Position numbers and translations under genes: made by a program | The notes under the pieces: generated by a model | What the model was told of the DNA's origin: nothing | The model's database searches: none | What the model saw: the letters and a program-made list of their open reading frames with translations, nothing else | Source: an uncultured euryarchaeote | GTDB taxonomy: Archaea > Thermoplasmatota > Poseidoniia > Poseidoniales > Poseidoniaceae | Length of the DNA stretch: 64,000 nucleotides | NCBI GenBank assembly: GCA_964001175.1 | Contig: CAXFAS010000006.1 | Span: 6,237 to 70,236, forward strand | Reading direction: 5' to 3' | In this document: positions 29,978 to 39,705 of the stretch, in pieces | How positions within the stretch are numbered: position 1 is the first letter of the stretch | How the letters are laid out: every line of letters starts with the position of its first letter

Positions 29978-31705
29978 ATGTCTACATTGAAGACAGTAGA
30001 ACCATTTGGTGAAGGTTTCATTTCCGCTTTATGTCCTGAACTAATTCTATTTGCAGGTTTGATTCTATTGATTATTGTTCCAAATCTTGGAACTGGTAAA
30101 TTTAGGGTTCCAGGAACTCAGACCAGAGTTTATTGGTTATTTGGTGGTAATAGATTCAAACTTACCAGTGACCCAAGATTACCTTCTTGGATCGCAGTAA
30201 TAACTCTCGGTACAGCTTTCCTAATGTCCATACTTTCATTCCAAGATGGAGTTGAAAGAACCGCAATAGTTAGTGAAGGAGGAACTGAAATACTGATGGT
30301 AAATGCCTTTAGCAGAGTATTTGAATTGGTATTTTTCGGTGCTTTGACTTTAGCAGCATTTGCATCTATGAATAGAATGGATGTCAAAGGCATTGGAGCA
30401 AAATTATCCTCTGAAGATTTATACAATAACCGCAGACAAGGTGACTTCTATATTTTGATGGTAACATGTGCTATAGGTATGTCTATTGTTGCATTAGCAC
30501 AGGATTTATTCGTTCTTTTCATTGGACTTGAACTTGCATCATTCTCAACTTATGTGCTTGTCAGTTTCTTTAAGGAAACCAAGGCTGGAACAGAGGCAGG
30601 GATGAAGTATTTCATTGTCGGTTCAGTTGCTTCTGGTGTAGGGTTGTATGGTTTGTCGATGCTCTATCTATGGGCTGGTTCTCTACAATTAGATGTTCTA
30701 GCAACAACATTTGCTAGTTCCGGCAGCGAAGCACTTCCAATGATTGCGATTGGATTCGTATTAGTTGGCTTTGGCTTCAAAGTTAGTGCTGCTCCTTTCC
30801 ACTTTGCAGCCCCTGATGCTTACTCAGGTGCTAGTAGCCCTGTTGCTGGGGTTCTTGCTACAGCAAGTAAAGCGATGGGAATTGTCGGTTTGCTCAGAGT
30901 ATTACTGATTATAGCAGCTCCAGAATCAAGTGAAGATGGAACAGTTTGGCTTGTACTTCTAGGATTATTATCTGTGATTACAATGACCTGGGGTAATCTA
31001 GCAGCTCTAGGAAGTACCAACCCGAAGAGAATGTTGGCTTACTCATCAGTTGCTCACGCCGGATATATGCTTGCAGCTATTACTGCAATAGGGGCTTGGA
31101 ATTGGGATGAGAATTTATCAGGAGATCCTGGAGAAGCGGCTGTTGTTGTTCTTGCCGCCATTATCTTCCATCTTATTGTTCTAGTAGCATTCAAGCTAGG
31201 TGCATTCTTAGTTCTTTCAGTACTTGAAACAGAAGGAGGAGGATCAAGATTATCCTCATTAGGCGGCTTAGCAAAGAGAGAGCCTTTCCTAGCAGTTTCT
31301 ATGTTTATTTTTATGATCTCTCTAGCAGGTGTTCCACCTCTAGCAGGTTTCATGTCTAAATTACTTGTAATTATGGGAATAGTTAAGGTCGCCTTAGGAG
31401 ATATGAGCGATGCTATTGCCACAGGTAGCGAACTTGGTTTATCAGATGTTCATTGGGTTTGGTGGCTAGCATTTGCCATGATTATCAACTCTGCAATTTC
31501 CGTATATTATTATCTTAGAATTGGTGTTGTAATGTTCTTTGAAGAAGCAGAGCCAGGTAGAGATGGACCTCTACCAAATGGTTGGCAAGTTAGATTTGCT
31601 ATTCTAGCCTGTTTATTAGCCACTTTATTCATTGGAGTTGCTAGTGATAAGTTGATTGAGATTTGTACGATTGCTGCTGAAAGTTTCAATTATAATTGGT
31701 CTTAA
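29978..31705 (+). CDS. nuoN: NADH-quinone oxidoreductase subunit N
   Basis: GFKVSAAPFHFAAPDAYSGASSPVAG and KRMLAYSSVAHAGYM, the NuoN/ND2 pattern. GGGAGGTG SD before ATG 29978. Confidence 0.85.
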   Translation: MSTLKTVEPFGEGFISALCPELILFAGLILLIIVPNLGTGKFRVPGTQTRVYWLFGGNRFKLTSDPRLPSWIAVITLGTAFLMSILSFQDGVERTAIVSEGGTEILMVNAFSRVFELVFFGALTLAAFASMNRMDVKGIGAKLSSEDLYNNRRQGDFYILMVTCAIGMSIVALAQDLFVLFIGLELASFSTYVLVSFFKETKAGTEAGMKYFIVGSVASGVGLYGLSMLYLWAGSLQLDVLATTFASSGSEALPMIAIGFVLVGFGFKVSAAPFHFAAPDAYSGASSPVAGVLATASKAMGIVGLLRVLLIIAAPESSEDGTVWLVLLGLLSVITMTWGNLAALGSTNPKRMLAYSSVAHAGYMLAAITAIGAWNWDENLSGDPGEAAVVVLAAIIFHLIVLVAFKLGAFLVLSVLETEGGGSRLSSLGGLAKREPFLAVSMFIFMISLAGVPPLAGFMSKLLVIMGIVKVALGDMSDAIATGSELGLSDVHWVWWLAFAMIINSAISVYYYLRIGVVMFFEEAEPGRDGPLPNGWQVRFAILACLLATLFIGVASDKLIEICTIAAESFNYNWS

Positions 31706-31770
31706 ATTAACTCTTAAACGGGTGATGGCTTCAATAAGGGTAGACTATCAGCCATGTACAGTGAGGCATC

Positions 31771-32472
31771 GTGGGTAGACGACGTGAAGAAAAGGTAGAC
31801 GTGGAAGAACTAGCCCGTCTAGAGAATCCAGAAGATGGTTTTTCTGGAAAGATTCGTGTCAAGATGCCAAATCGAAAAATAAACGAAATGTTTGCACTAG
31901 CAGAACAAATTCTAGGCGGACGTAGAGTTACAGTTCTTTGCGAAGACGGAGAGACTAGATTGGCTAGAATTCCAGGTAAAATGCGAAGAAGACAATGGGT
32001 CCGTGAAGGTGACTTAATTATCGTTTGGCCATGGGACTTCCAAGATTCCAAAGCAGATGTAAAACATCGGTATACTAAGACACAATCAATGTATTTGTCT
32101 AGAAAAGGCGTATTACCGGATGATGTTGATGTGTTTGGAATGAATGTATCTCATGATGATGATGATGAACATGACGATTTGTTTGGAACAATGGATCAAG
32201 AAGATTCAGATTTATTTGAAGATTCAGAAGAAGAATCTGATGATGACGTTGATGATTTATTTGGAGATTCTGATGATGATGATGAAGACGATGATTTATT
32301 TGCATCTGATGATGATTCAGAAGATGATACAGCAGAAGAATTAGCCAATAGTGAAGAAACTAAGGCGGAAGAAGAGACTGAATTTATTCCAGTAGAAGAG
32401 TATCCAGAATCTGAAGAGGCCGAAGAAGAAGATGATGATGACGATATTGATATTGATTCATTATTTGGATGA
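31771..32472 (+). CDS. eif1a: Translation initiation factor aIF1A with a ~110-aa hyper-acidic C-terminal extension
   Basis: S1/OB core RVTVLCEDGETRLARIPGKMRRRQWVREGDLIIVWPWDFQDSKADVKHRY. Tail rich in D/E with five D-x-LF(G/E/A) motifs. GTG start. Confidence 0.85.
   Translation: MGRRREEKVDVEELARLENPEDGFSGKIRVKMPNRKINEMFALAEQILGGRRVTVLCEDGETRLARIPGKMRRRQWVREGDLIIVWPWDFQDSKADVKHRYTKTQSMYLSRKGVLPDDVDVFGMNVSHDDDDEHDDLFGTMDQEDSDLFEDSEEESDDDVDDLFGDSDDDDEDDDLFASDDDSEDDTAEELANSEETKAEEETEFIPVEEYPESEEAEEEDDDDDIDIDSLFG
32152..32472 (+). repeat. GAT/GAA-rich low-complexity coding tract (acidic tail of aIF1A)
   Basis: Runs of gatgatgatga/gaagaagaa. This tract creates the spurious ORFs in other frames (32099..32305 -, 32144..32344 +, 32196..32498 -). 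Confidence 0.85.
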
Positions 32473-33485
32473 AATTTATTGGCCTTATGGGTGGTCAAAT
32501 GGTAATTAAAGACGATGAATGGGATGAACTTGCCATCAATAAGAATCGTCGTCGCAGTAAAAAAAAGAAATTCAAAAATTTAGAACATCAAAAAGATGCG
32601 GAATTTTCACATTTTGAAGAAAAGAGATTCATTGAAACCTTAGAAAATTCTTCAGGAAAATATTCTTGGATGAAAGAGAAGCGATATAAATCGATGTTTA
32701 GAGATATTGAAGGTAAGATTCAAGGCGCTATTGGAAAAGGTAGTTTTGAGTGGGTAGATAGACGAGTTTTCGACCAAGTTTTTGATAGATTAACTTTGAT
32801 GTCTTTGTATAAACTTATGAAAAATGGAGTTATTGACACCTTGGATTTCCCCGTAGCAAGAGGTAAGGAAGCCCATGTATTCCATGGCACTGATATAGAT
32901 GGAAATCCTGTTGCTGTGAAAATTTTTCATACATCAAATGCTGTATTCAAGAATTTGATGCAGTACATAGAAGGTGATCCGAGATTCACAGGTCTACGAA
33001 GAAGACATCGAGATCTTGTCGATATTTGGGTGCGAAAGGAACAAAGAAATCTTACCAGATTGGCAAAATGGGGTCTTCCAGTCCCCAAACCTCTAGGTTT
33101 GCATAAGAATGTCTTGGTAATGCAATATTTAGGAAATGAAACCTCACCATACCCTAAACTTCGGGAAGTTAAAGTTGAAAATCCAAAACCGGTTTATGAT
33201 GAACTTTTGGAGTTTTTAGCAGTTTCTTGGCAAAAGGCTAGCCTTGTTCATGGTGATTTTTCTCCATTCAATATTTTATGGAATGAAGACGATAAGCCAG
33301 TTGTGATAGATGTCGGTCAAGGGGTGGTACAATCTCATCCTAAAGCACAAGATTTCCTTGTCAGAGATGTCACTAGATTGGTTGAGTGGGGTCAAAAGAA
33401 TAATCTTGAAGTCGACCTTGCAGAAGCGATGTATGATGTATTAAACATGGATTTAAGCCACGTTAAAGAAGTACCAATCGACTGA
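32469..33485 (+). CDS. rio1: RIO-type serine/threonine protein kinase (Rio1-like)
   Basis: GKEAHVFHG...VAVKIF, LVHGDFSPFNILW and VIDVGQGV. ATGA overlap with the aIF1A stop. The aIF1A-Rio linkage is a conserved archaeal arrangement. Confidence 0.85.
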   Translation: MKFIGLMGGQMVIKDDEWDELAINKNRRRSKKKKFKNLEHQKDAEFSHFEEKRFIETLENSSGKYSWMKEKRYKSMFRDIEGKIQGAIGKGSFEWVDRRVFDQVFDRLTLMSLYKLMKNGVIDTLDFPVARGKEAHVFHGTDIDGNPVAVKIFHTSNAVFKNLMQYIEGDPRFTGLRRRHRDLVDIWVRKEQRNLTRLAKWGLPVPKPLGLHKNVLVMQYLGNETSPYPKLREVKVENPKPVYDELLEFLAVSWQKASLVHGDFSPFNILWNEDDKPVVIDVGQGVVQSHPKAQDFLVRDVTRLVEWGQKNNLEVDLAEAMYDVLNMDLSHVKEVPID

Positions 33486-34229
33486 TTATTCTTCTTCCCA
33501 GTTGATAGTCTCATCTTCAGAAAGTTGCATCATTGCTTCAACAGCCTCTTCATCTTCAGGATTTACTTGGGATGCTTTCATCCTTCTAGAGCGTCTATCG
33601 CTAATATCGGATAGTCCAGGGACTAAATGCTCAAAGCCTGTGCTCTGCGTATCGTCGGATTTCAATTCGATACTTTCGAGAGAACGATTAGACAGTTTTG
33701 ATCTTCTTCTATCTTTTTCTAAATAACTTAGCACAGAACCATGTTCAGAACCACCTGCAAGCATTTCTATTGCTTGTCGGGCGGCGAAAAGGCCGTCTTC
33801 TTCTCCAATAATTACTACAGTTGACTTGTAAATAGTAATTTCAGTATCAGTTAGATTTTCAATTAATTTTCTAATTTTACCTTGGCTTCCAATAATTCTT
33901 GACCTGATTCTTCGTTGTTGATTGGAACGTTTACCAACATAATCTCTCAAATCCACCATTTCGAAAAAGTTTTGATCTTCAAATAATCTTAAGGCAGCTT
34001 TAGGAGCCATTCCTCTGCCGATTGCTTTGATTACATTAGGTAATTTCATTGCTTTAACAGGGTCATAGGACCCAACTTCACCCCAAACAACCTCAACATC
34101 GCCAGATACCGAATCAATGTTCAATTCTTTACAACCAGCAGAATTTCTAAGAGATTTTGCTGTCGAACCACTAGCTCCAATCAAGACAGCAATCCTGTCT
34201 TTGGGAACTCTAGGCAATGCTTGGCGCAT
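33486..34229 (-). CDS. KH-domain RNA-binding protein (aDim2/Pno1-like) with an acidic C-terminal extension
   Basis: Two KH modules (RIAVLIGASGSTAKSL; RIIGSQGKIRKLIE with GxxG). Sits next to aIF1A and Rio. Confidence 0.75.
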   Translation of the reverse strand: MRQALPRVPKDRIAVLIGASGSTAKSLRNSAGCKELNIDSVSGDVEVVWGEVGSYDPVKAMKLPNVIKAIGRGMAPKAALRLFEDQNFFEMVDLRDYVGKRSNQQRRIRSRIIGSQGKIRKLIENLTDTEITIYKSTVVIIGEEDGLFAARQAIEMLAGGSEHGSVLSYLEKDRRRSKLSNRSLESIELKSDDTQSTGFEHLVPGLSDISDRRSRRMKASQVNPEDEEAVEAMMQLSEDETINWEEE

Positions 34230-34254
34230 GTCCTTCCCTGCAGCCCTTCTCTTT

Positions 34255-36069
34255 TCAATCTCTTGTTCTATTAGAGATGTAAGAAATAAACAAAGATGTA
34301 ATGATAAGCATCAAAATTGATGGTGCAAAAGAAGGAGCGTCAATTATACTACTAATCGTTGCACCAGTCACTACCATGTGGTTCTTATTATTGGATTCAT
34401 CATACTCGTCAATTACATTATTTGGGTCAATTACCAATCGAAGGTCAAATTGTCCTGAACTAGGAACGGTATAATTCCAAATTAGTAATTCACTAGAATC
34501 TGAAAGAGTACCTGAACCTAGAGTTCTAGATTCTAGGACAGTCCAAGATACGGCTGAAGTTCTATCTGCAGGGGCAGATTCTAACTGGACAGTTACTCCA
34601 CCACCGTAACTTTCACTGGATTCTAGTAAACTAGTAATTGTCACATTCCCACTATTTTCACCTGGTTTGACAATCAATCTATCTAAATTGGTTTCACTGA
34701 TATTCCAAGAGAAGTCAAGGCTTGGAAGAATTTGGTAAGAGGCAGGTGAAGTGGTTATAGAATTGCCAGCAAGATCAAACACATGTGCTCTCAACATCAA
34801 ATATTGTCTTGATTTAGTAATCCAACTCGACTGGGCAACAACTCCTGAAAGTCCAGTTGAAGAAATTTGTTGCCAACTTCCTGAAAGGTCTGGTGTCTGA
34901 CCTACGCCATTTGAATCAAATCCATATTCGATATAAGAGGCACTAGTATCAATTCCGGAAGTAGAATCGATAGCTGAAAATTCTACAGGCACAGGACCTA
35001 TCCTATCTGTAGTTATTTGTTCGACATTCCATCCAATTTCTTCGGGATTTTCGGTATCGATTTGGATATTTAATTGAGATATAGGGCCGACATTACCAAC
35101 TCTGTCAGTCGCTCGTACAGAAACAGAATTAATTCCTTCATTCAAAGTTAGAACATACGTATCGCTGGTTGTAGAAGTCCAAGTCGTTCCATCTGTACTT
35201 ATTTCACTAAAATCAATTCCACTACCCTGTCCATCATCAGCACTTATTATCAGTCCAGAAAGTGTAATTGTTGAGGTATCATGCCAATTGGAGTTGTCTT
35301 GAACTGTAACCGAACTAAGACTAGGTCCTGTTCTGTCTATTCCGATAAAGATTGTTTCAGATGCTGACAAGCCTGAATCATCATAAACAGTGATTCTAGG
35401 ATTCCAAGTTCCTTCCTGCATATTACCTGATGACCAATCCCATCCATATGCGATTGTACCTGGTCCATCATTTGCTGGTGTACTTGGGCCTGGAACGTTA
35501 ACTAAACTAGCCCTTAACAAATCATCATCTATTGCGCCCCATCTAAATTCAAGAGTTCCAGTTGATTCAATATCGAACCAAGCTCTATCATTAGCTGAAT
35601 TTCCAGTTCCTATCATTGGGTTAAGAACAGTAAAAATTGTAATTTCTGGAACTTGATTATCAATTGTGAATGAGTTAGAAGTTTGAACAACACTTTCTTC
35701 AGCTGTAGAATCATAGGCAGTGGCTCTTAATGTGTAAGTTCCGTTGTCATAACTAGTAGAATCAAGGTGCGTCAGCCAAGGTGAAGAGGTCAAATTTGTT
35801 ACAGTTGTCCAAGTAACGCCATCAGAGATTTCGACCAACAGAGAAGAAACAGTTCCAGTTCCCCCAAGAGAGAATGAAACCGTGAATAATCCAGTTACAC
35901 TCTGTCCGTTACTAGGCCCATTTGAATAAGTAATGGTAACATCCGAATTAGAGAATAGTGAGACATTATCAACTAGTTCAGATGAAGGATTTGAATCATT
36001 TTCTATTTGACAAAGCACCGAAGAAAGTAGAATAATTCCAAGAATTATAGCAACCCCACCTCTTCGCAT
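34255..36069 (-). CDS. Surface protein with Ig-like/CARDB-like repeats and a C-terminal TM anchor
   Basis: N-terminal signal VAIILGIILLSSVLC, repeated beta-rich modules, CARDB-type end motif IDEYDESNNKNH, and C-terminal TM helix ILMLIITSLFISYI. Confidence 0.55.
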   Translation of the reverse strand: MRRGGVAIILGIILLSSVLCQIENDSNPSSELVDNVSLFSNSDVTITYSNGPSNGQSVTGLFTVSFSLGGTGTVSSLLVEISDGVTWTTVTNLTSSPWLTHLDSTSYDNGTYTLRATAYDSTAEESVVQTSNSFTIDNQVPEITIFTVLNPMIGTGNSANDRAWFDIESTGTLEFRWGAIDDDLLRASLVNVPGPSTPANDGPGTIAYGWDWSSGNMQEGTWNPRITVYDDSGLSASETIFIGIDRTGPSLSSVTVQDNSNWHDTSTITLSGLIISADDGQGSGIDFSEISTDGTTWTSTTSDTYVLTLNEGINSVSVRATDRVGNVGPISQLNIQIDTENPEEIGWNVEQITTDRIGPVPVEFSAIDSTSGIDTSASYIEYGFDSNGVGQTPDLSGSWQQISSTGLSGVVAQSSWITKSRQYLMLRAHVFDLAGNSITTSPASYQILPSLDFSWNISETNLDRLIVKPGENSGNVTITSLLESSESYGGGVTVQLESAPADRTSAVSWTVLESRTLGSGTLSDSSELLIWNYTVPSSGQFDLRLVIDPNNVIDEYDESNNKNHMVVTGATISSIIDAPSFAPSILMLIITSLFISYISNRTRD

Positions 36070-36213
36070 GTCAATAAGAGATTAGTGGTTATCCTTCAAT
36101 GCTCCCCTTGTAAAAGCATATTTTGGATAAATTATACAAAAATATTCTAATGCGGAGAACGAAAATTAATGCTTATGTAGCCAAATTAATGCTATGTTTA
36201 GAGATGGGTTCAA

Positions 36214-39009
36214 GTGCTTTGCAATATGTCGATGTTGTATATGGCAGGAAAGTGGCAGGCAATCATTGGCTTGATGATACTATGTGTTGCGACGCTTCCA
36301 ATTAATGCTACTGCTTATGATAGTAATGGGATAGAAGCCTCAGAAGCCCAAGTTACTCTAAGCCCATCAACAGGTTTGACACAAGGTGATTCTGTAACAG
36401 TATACCTAACTTTGACAAATACTTTACAATCTGACGCATTTGATGTTGAATTTGCTTTTTTCAAGAATGATTATACTTCGAGTCAACAATTGTTGAGAAG
36501 TGTTGTAGATATTTATGCTCAGGAAAGTGAGACTGTATCTGTAACATGGGATAATTTACAGGAAAGTGATAGTCGTGTTTGGATTGTTTTTGAGTATGGG
36601 GGTTCTGAGCAATCGTTTTACATGGACTTTGATGTAGCCGGACTACCGAATTTACGAATTATTCAATCGGATTTATCACCCGCCTCAGGTATTAATTCAG
36701 GAGATACAGTTCAACTTTCTACTCTAGTAAAAAACACAGGTTCTGAAGCAGCACAGTCCAGTACCCTTCATATCGATTTTCCAGCACCATTAGTTGATCA
36801 AGAAATTACTACTTCAGCCCTAAATACTGGCCAAGAAGAGTGGATTAATACAACTTTCATAGCACCTCAAAGCAACTCTTATTCAATTTATATTACGCCA
36901 GATTTCCATGATGATGTTATTGAAGCATCAGAAAATAATAAGGTAGAAACAGTCACTCTAAATGTTGAGCCTAGAATGGATGTTTACCATCAAGAAAATA
37001 TTACAATTACTGCAGTTGAGGGTGCTCTAGAAGGCCCTTGGACAATATCGGGTAAGTTAGCAAGAACCGGCGGTAGTGGAACAACGGTAGTTCCTATGTG
37101 GATAGAAATCGCTACAGGGCAAGGAGGAATAATCACCGCTCAACCTTTTGATGTAACTCTTCAAGGAGCAGGGTACGCAGAACAACCATGGTCTTTCACT
37201 CTTAATTCTAGTATAGTTACATCTCTTTCTGCTGGAGGATATACTTTATCTGCTCAAATTGATCCATTTGATGATCCAAATTTCCTTCAAGAGACTACTA
37301 CGAATGACCGTTCCAGTGCATTATTAACTATACTTGAAGTTCCAGATGTATTTGTAGACCCCAAAGCAAGACCATCCTCTCCACAAGTTAATTCAGGCGA
37401 GAAAGTGACGTGGCAAGTTACTGTTACCAATACTGGTGGATTACAAGTCAGTGGAAAAATTGAGTATACCTTTGAAGGAGTTACCGACTTATCAAGTCTA
37501 ATTACACTCAATCCTAGTGAATCTTATACTTGGAGTAAAGAACTTTCAACGGGAGTTGGAGCACATATTGCTCCATTCGAAGCAAATTGGATTGCAACAC
37601 AGGGTAGCTGGGATAATAATTTGATGAATAATCAGGCAGTTAGCAATATTTCAGTTGAAGCAAATCTTAGACTAAATTGGGCAACCTCTTCTCTTCGTTT
37701 AACCGACGCTTCGGGCAGTGATGTAAATTTCCCAATAGAAGAGGGAGAGACATATGTATTTTCAATAAATCTTACAAGTCAGGAATTAGGTGATTTATCA
37801 TTTGACTGTAGAAATGGTGAAAATCAAATTCTATCCACTACTGAAGTAAATGTCTCTAGTACTGGACAAAAAGTATCATTACAATGTGAATTTACTGCTA
37901 TTGCGCCTCTTTCTACTATTCAGTTAATACCTTCGGATACTTCAGTTACTACTACTTTCACCAGACAATTTTCAACTTCTTTCACCTCTGATGATGACTC
38001 ATCAGCACAATCAAAGTCTGGGACTATGACTTTAATTGGAATAGTCGTTGTAGCCTTAATTGCAATTCTAGCACTTGCAGTTTGGTTTACTAGAGAAACA
38101 GAAGAAGAAGTGGAAAGAGACATTTTCGAATACTGCCCAGCCTGTGATGGAGAACTTGAAGGCGATGAGTCACGTTGCCCTCACTGTTCATTTAATCTAA
38201 ACAAGGCTAGAAAGCAATTCCACCAATGCCATGAATGTGGTGAATCTGTTCCAGACTTGATGGATAATTGTCCGTACTGTGGTGCTAAGCAAGATGTTTC
38301 TTCATTCTTTGAGAGAAGGGAAAGAAAAGTTAGAACTGCCCCGAAGGTTGAAATTGCCCTTCCTGAGGATGATGACGATGAAATAGTTTCAGGAACTGAA
38401 AACTTTGCTGAAACCGTCAAAGAATTTGGCTATGATGAAGATCAACTAGAAGAGGAGTGGGATCAGAAGTTTGCTAAAGCAGAGGCTGAAATTGCCGAAT
38501 TAGAGCAATTATATGAAGAGGAAGATATTTCTACAGAAGGTATGACTCCAGAAGAGATTGAAGAACTAGAATCTCAGGTTACAACTAAATTACGAACACT
38601 CAAGCAATTAGGTGAAGATTCTAGTAGTATAGAGGAGATGTTAGCTGCTAAAGGTGATTTGATTTCTCATAAAGACGATGGTGGTGAATTATCGGCTAGT
38701 GATGCAGATATTAGAGGAAGATTGTATGAGATTACTGGTGAAGCGGGAATTATGCCTGGCGATGAAGTTCATGTTGGAATGACTCTTTCTGATGCCGCTT
38801 TGGCTGGTAATGAAATCGAAGAAGCACAGAGTGATTTTACCTTTGAAGATAATGAACCAGTTGCAAAATTAGAAACTAAAGATGAACTAACCCCTCAAAG
38901 ACAAAAACCCAAGCGGCGTGAAAAGAAAACCGCAGAATGTGGTGCTTGTGGTGCACAAATCCCAATTATGGCAAAAGAATGCCCTGTTTGCGGTGCAGAA
39001 TTTGAGTGA
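36214..39009 (+). CDS. Surface protein: CARDB-like repeats, single TM, cytoplasmic double zinc ribbon, acidic coiled-coil region and a terminal zinc ribbon
   Basis: CARDB patterns (GDTVQLSTLVKNTGSEAA; IEASENNKVE). TM helix MTLIGIVVVALIAILALAVWF. CPACDG-x8-CPHC...CHECG-x10-CPYCGA, and terminal CGACG-x10-CPVCGAEFE. Confidence 0.6.
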   Translation: MLCNMSMLYMAGKWQAIIGLMILCVATLPINATAYDSNGIEASEAQVTLSPSTGLTQGDSVTVYLTLTNTLQSDAFDVEFAFFKNDYTSSQQLLRSVVDIYAQESETVSVTWDNLQESDSRVWIVFEYGGSEQSFYMDFDVAGLPNLRIIQSDLSPASGINSGDTVQLSTLVKNTGSEAAQSSTLHIDFPAPLVDQEITTSALNTGQEEWINTTFIAPQSNSYSIYITPDFHDDVIEASENNKVETVTLNVEPRMDVYHQENITITAVEGALEGPWTISGKLARTGGSGTTVVPMWIEIATGQGGIITAQPFDVTLQGAGYAEQPWSFTLNSSIVTSLSAGGYTLSAQIDPFDDPNFLQETTTNDRSSALLTILEVPDVFVDPKARPSSPQVNSGEKVTWQVTVTNTGGLQVSGKIEYTFEGVTDLSSLITLNPSESYTWSKELSTGVGAHIAPFEANWIATQGSWDNNLMNNQAVSNISVEANLRLNWATSSLRLTDASGSDVNFPIEEGETYVFSINLTSQELGDLSFDCRNGENQILSTTEVNVSSTGQKVSLQCEFTAIAPLSTIQLIPSDTSVTTTFTRQFSTSFTSDDDSSAQSKSGTMTLIGIVVVALIAILALAVWFTRETEEEVERDIFEYCPACDGELEGDESRCPHCSFNLNKARKQFHQCHECGESVPDLMDNCPYCGAKQDVSSFFERRERKVRTAPKVEIALPEDDDDEIVSGTENFAETVKEFGYDEDQLEEEWDQKFAKAEAEIAELEQLYEEEDISTEGMTPEEIEELESQVTTKLRTLKQLGEDSSSIEEMLAAKGDLISHKDDGGELSASDADIRGRLYEITGEAGIMPGDEVHVGMTLSDAALAGNEIEEAQSDFTFEDNEPVAKLETKDELTPQRQKPKRREKKTAECGACGAQIPIMAKECPVCGAEFE

Positions 39010-39154
39010 TGTCCGTCGGCTTTCATAGGGTTCGTCATTGCCTAGGCTCGGCCACCATGTGCGTCATTCGGACAGGCTGCGATAGGTCTTTGCCTTTCAA
39101 ATAAACGCTCATTTTTGGATTCAATTCATAGCCGATGATATTTTCGCAGTACTA

Positions 39155-39703
39155 ATGAGAGTCAAGATTTTACCTATTTTAGTAACTCTGACTTTTGTTA
39201 CTGTCAGCCTATCAGGTTGTCTAGGTCTAATACAAGCGAGAGAATCATTAGAAAGCCTAAGAGGCGAGCCTGAAGATGTTGAATACACAGAAAAAACATC
39301 GGTACTCTATACTTTTGATACGATAGACTCAAAGCAATTTAATGAATCATTTACCGTCAATGAAAAGGTACAAAGAATCGAAATTTACATCAAAGTTAAA
39401 TTTAATTTTGATGAATTTATTCCTTGTTTTGATGGTTCACCAAGGTATGTCCGAGCAGAAATAATCAAGCCATCTGGAGAACCCTTGTGGTCTATGGATG
39501 TCTGTGAAGATTATTCGCCTCCCAATTTCAATTTTAACAGCTCATCTACTACTTTTGAATCTGGAACATGGGATCTAAATGTAGATGCTCAAGCTGGCGG
39601 TGAGACTGCACTTGGAGGTCTAGTTAAAGATGAATTCATCATTATTGTAAACGTTTACCACAAATGCAGACAATATCCTCAGGATACTCCATGTAATGAA
39701 TGA
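39155..39703 (+). CDS. Putative lipoprotein / small secreted protein
   Basis: Signal peptide ending in the lipobox-like LSGC. No family recognised. Confidence 0.4.
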   Translation: MRVKILPILVTLTFVTVSLSGCLGLIQARESLESLRGEPEDVEYTEKTSVLYTFDTIDSKQFNESFTVNEKVQRIEIYIKVKFNFDEFIPCFDGSPRYVRAEIIKPSGEPLWSMDVCEDYSPPNFNFNSSSTTFESGTWDLNVDAQAGGETALGGLVKDEFIIIVNVYHKCRQYPQDTPCNE

Positions 39704-39705
39704 AA

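Noticed and set aside
19827-31705. Absence of nuoE, nuoF and nuoG as an anomaly or operon truncation
   Set aside because: An 11-subunit complex I-like operon without the NADH dehydrogenase module is the normal archaeal (and cyanobacterial-type) situation. It does not indicate gene loss here.
32099-32498. Three overlapping ORFs in other frames/strands across the aIF1A tail (His-rich, Met-rich, Ser-rich translations)
   Set aside because: These are artefacts of the GAT/GAA low-complexity repeat, which is open in several frames. Only the frame continuing the aIF1A core is credible.
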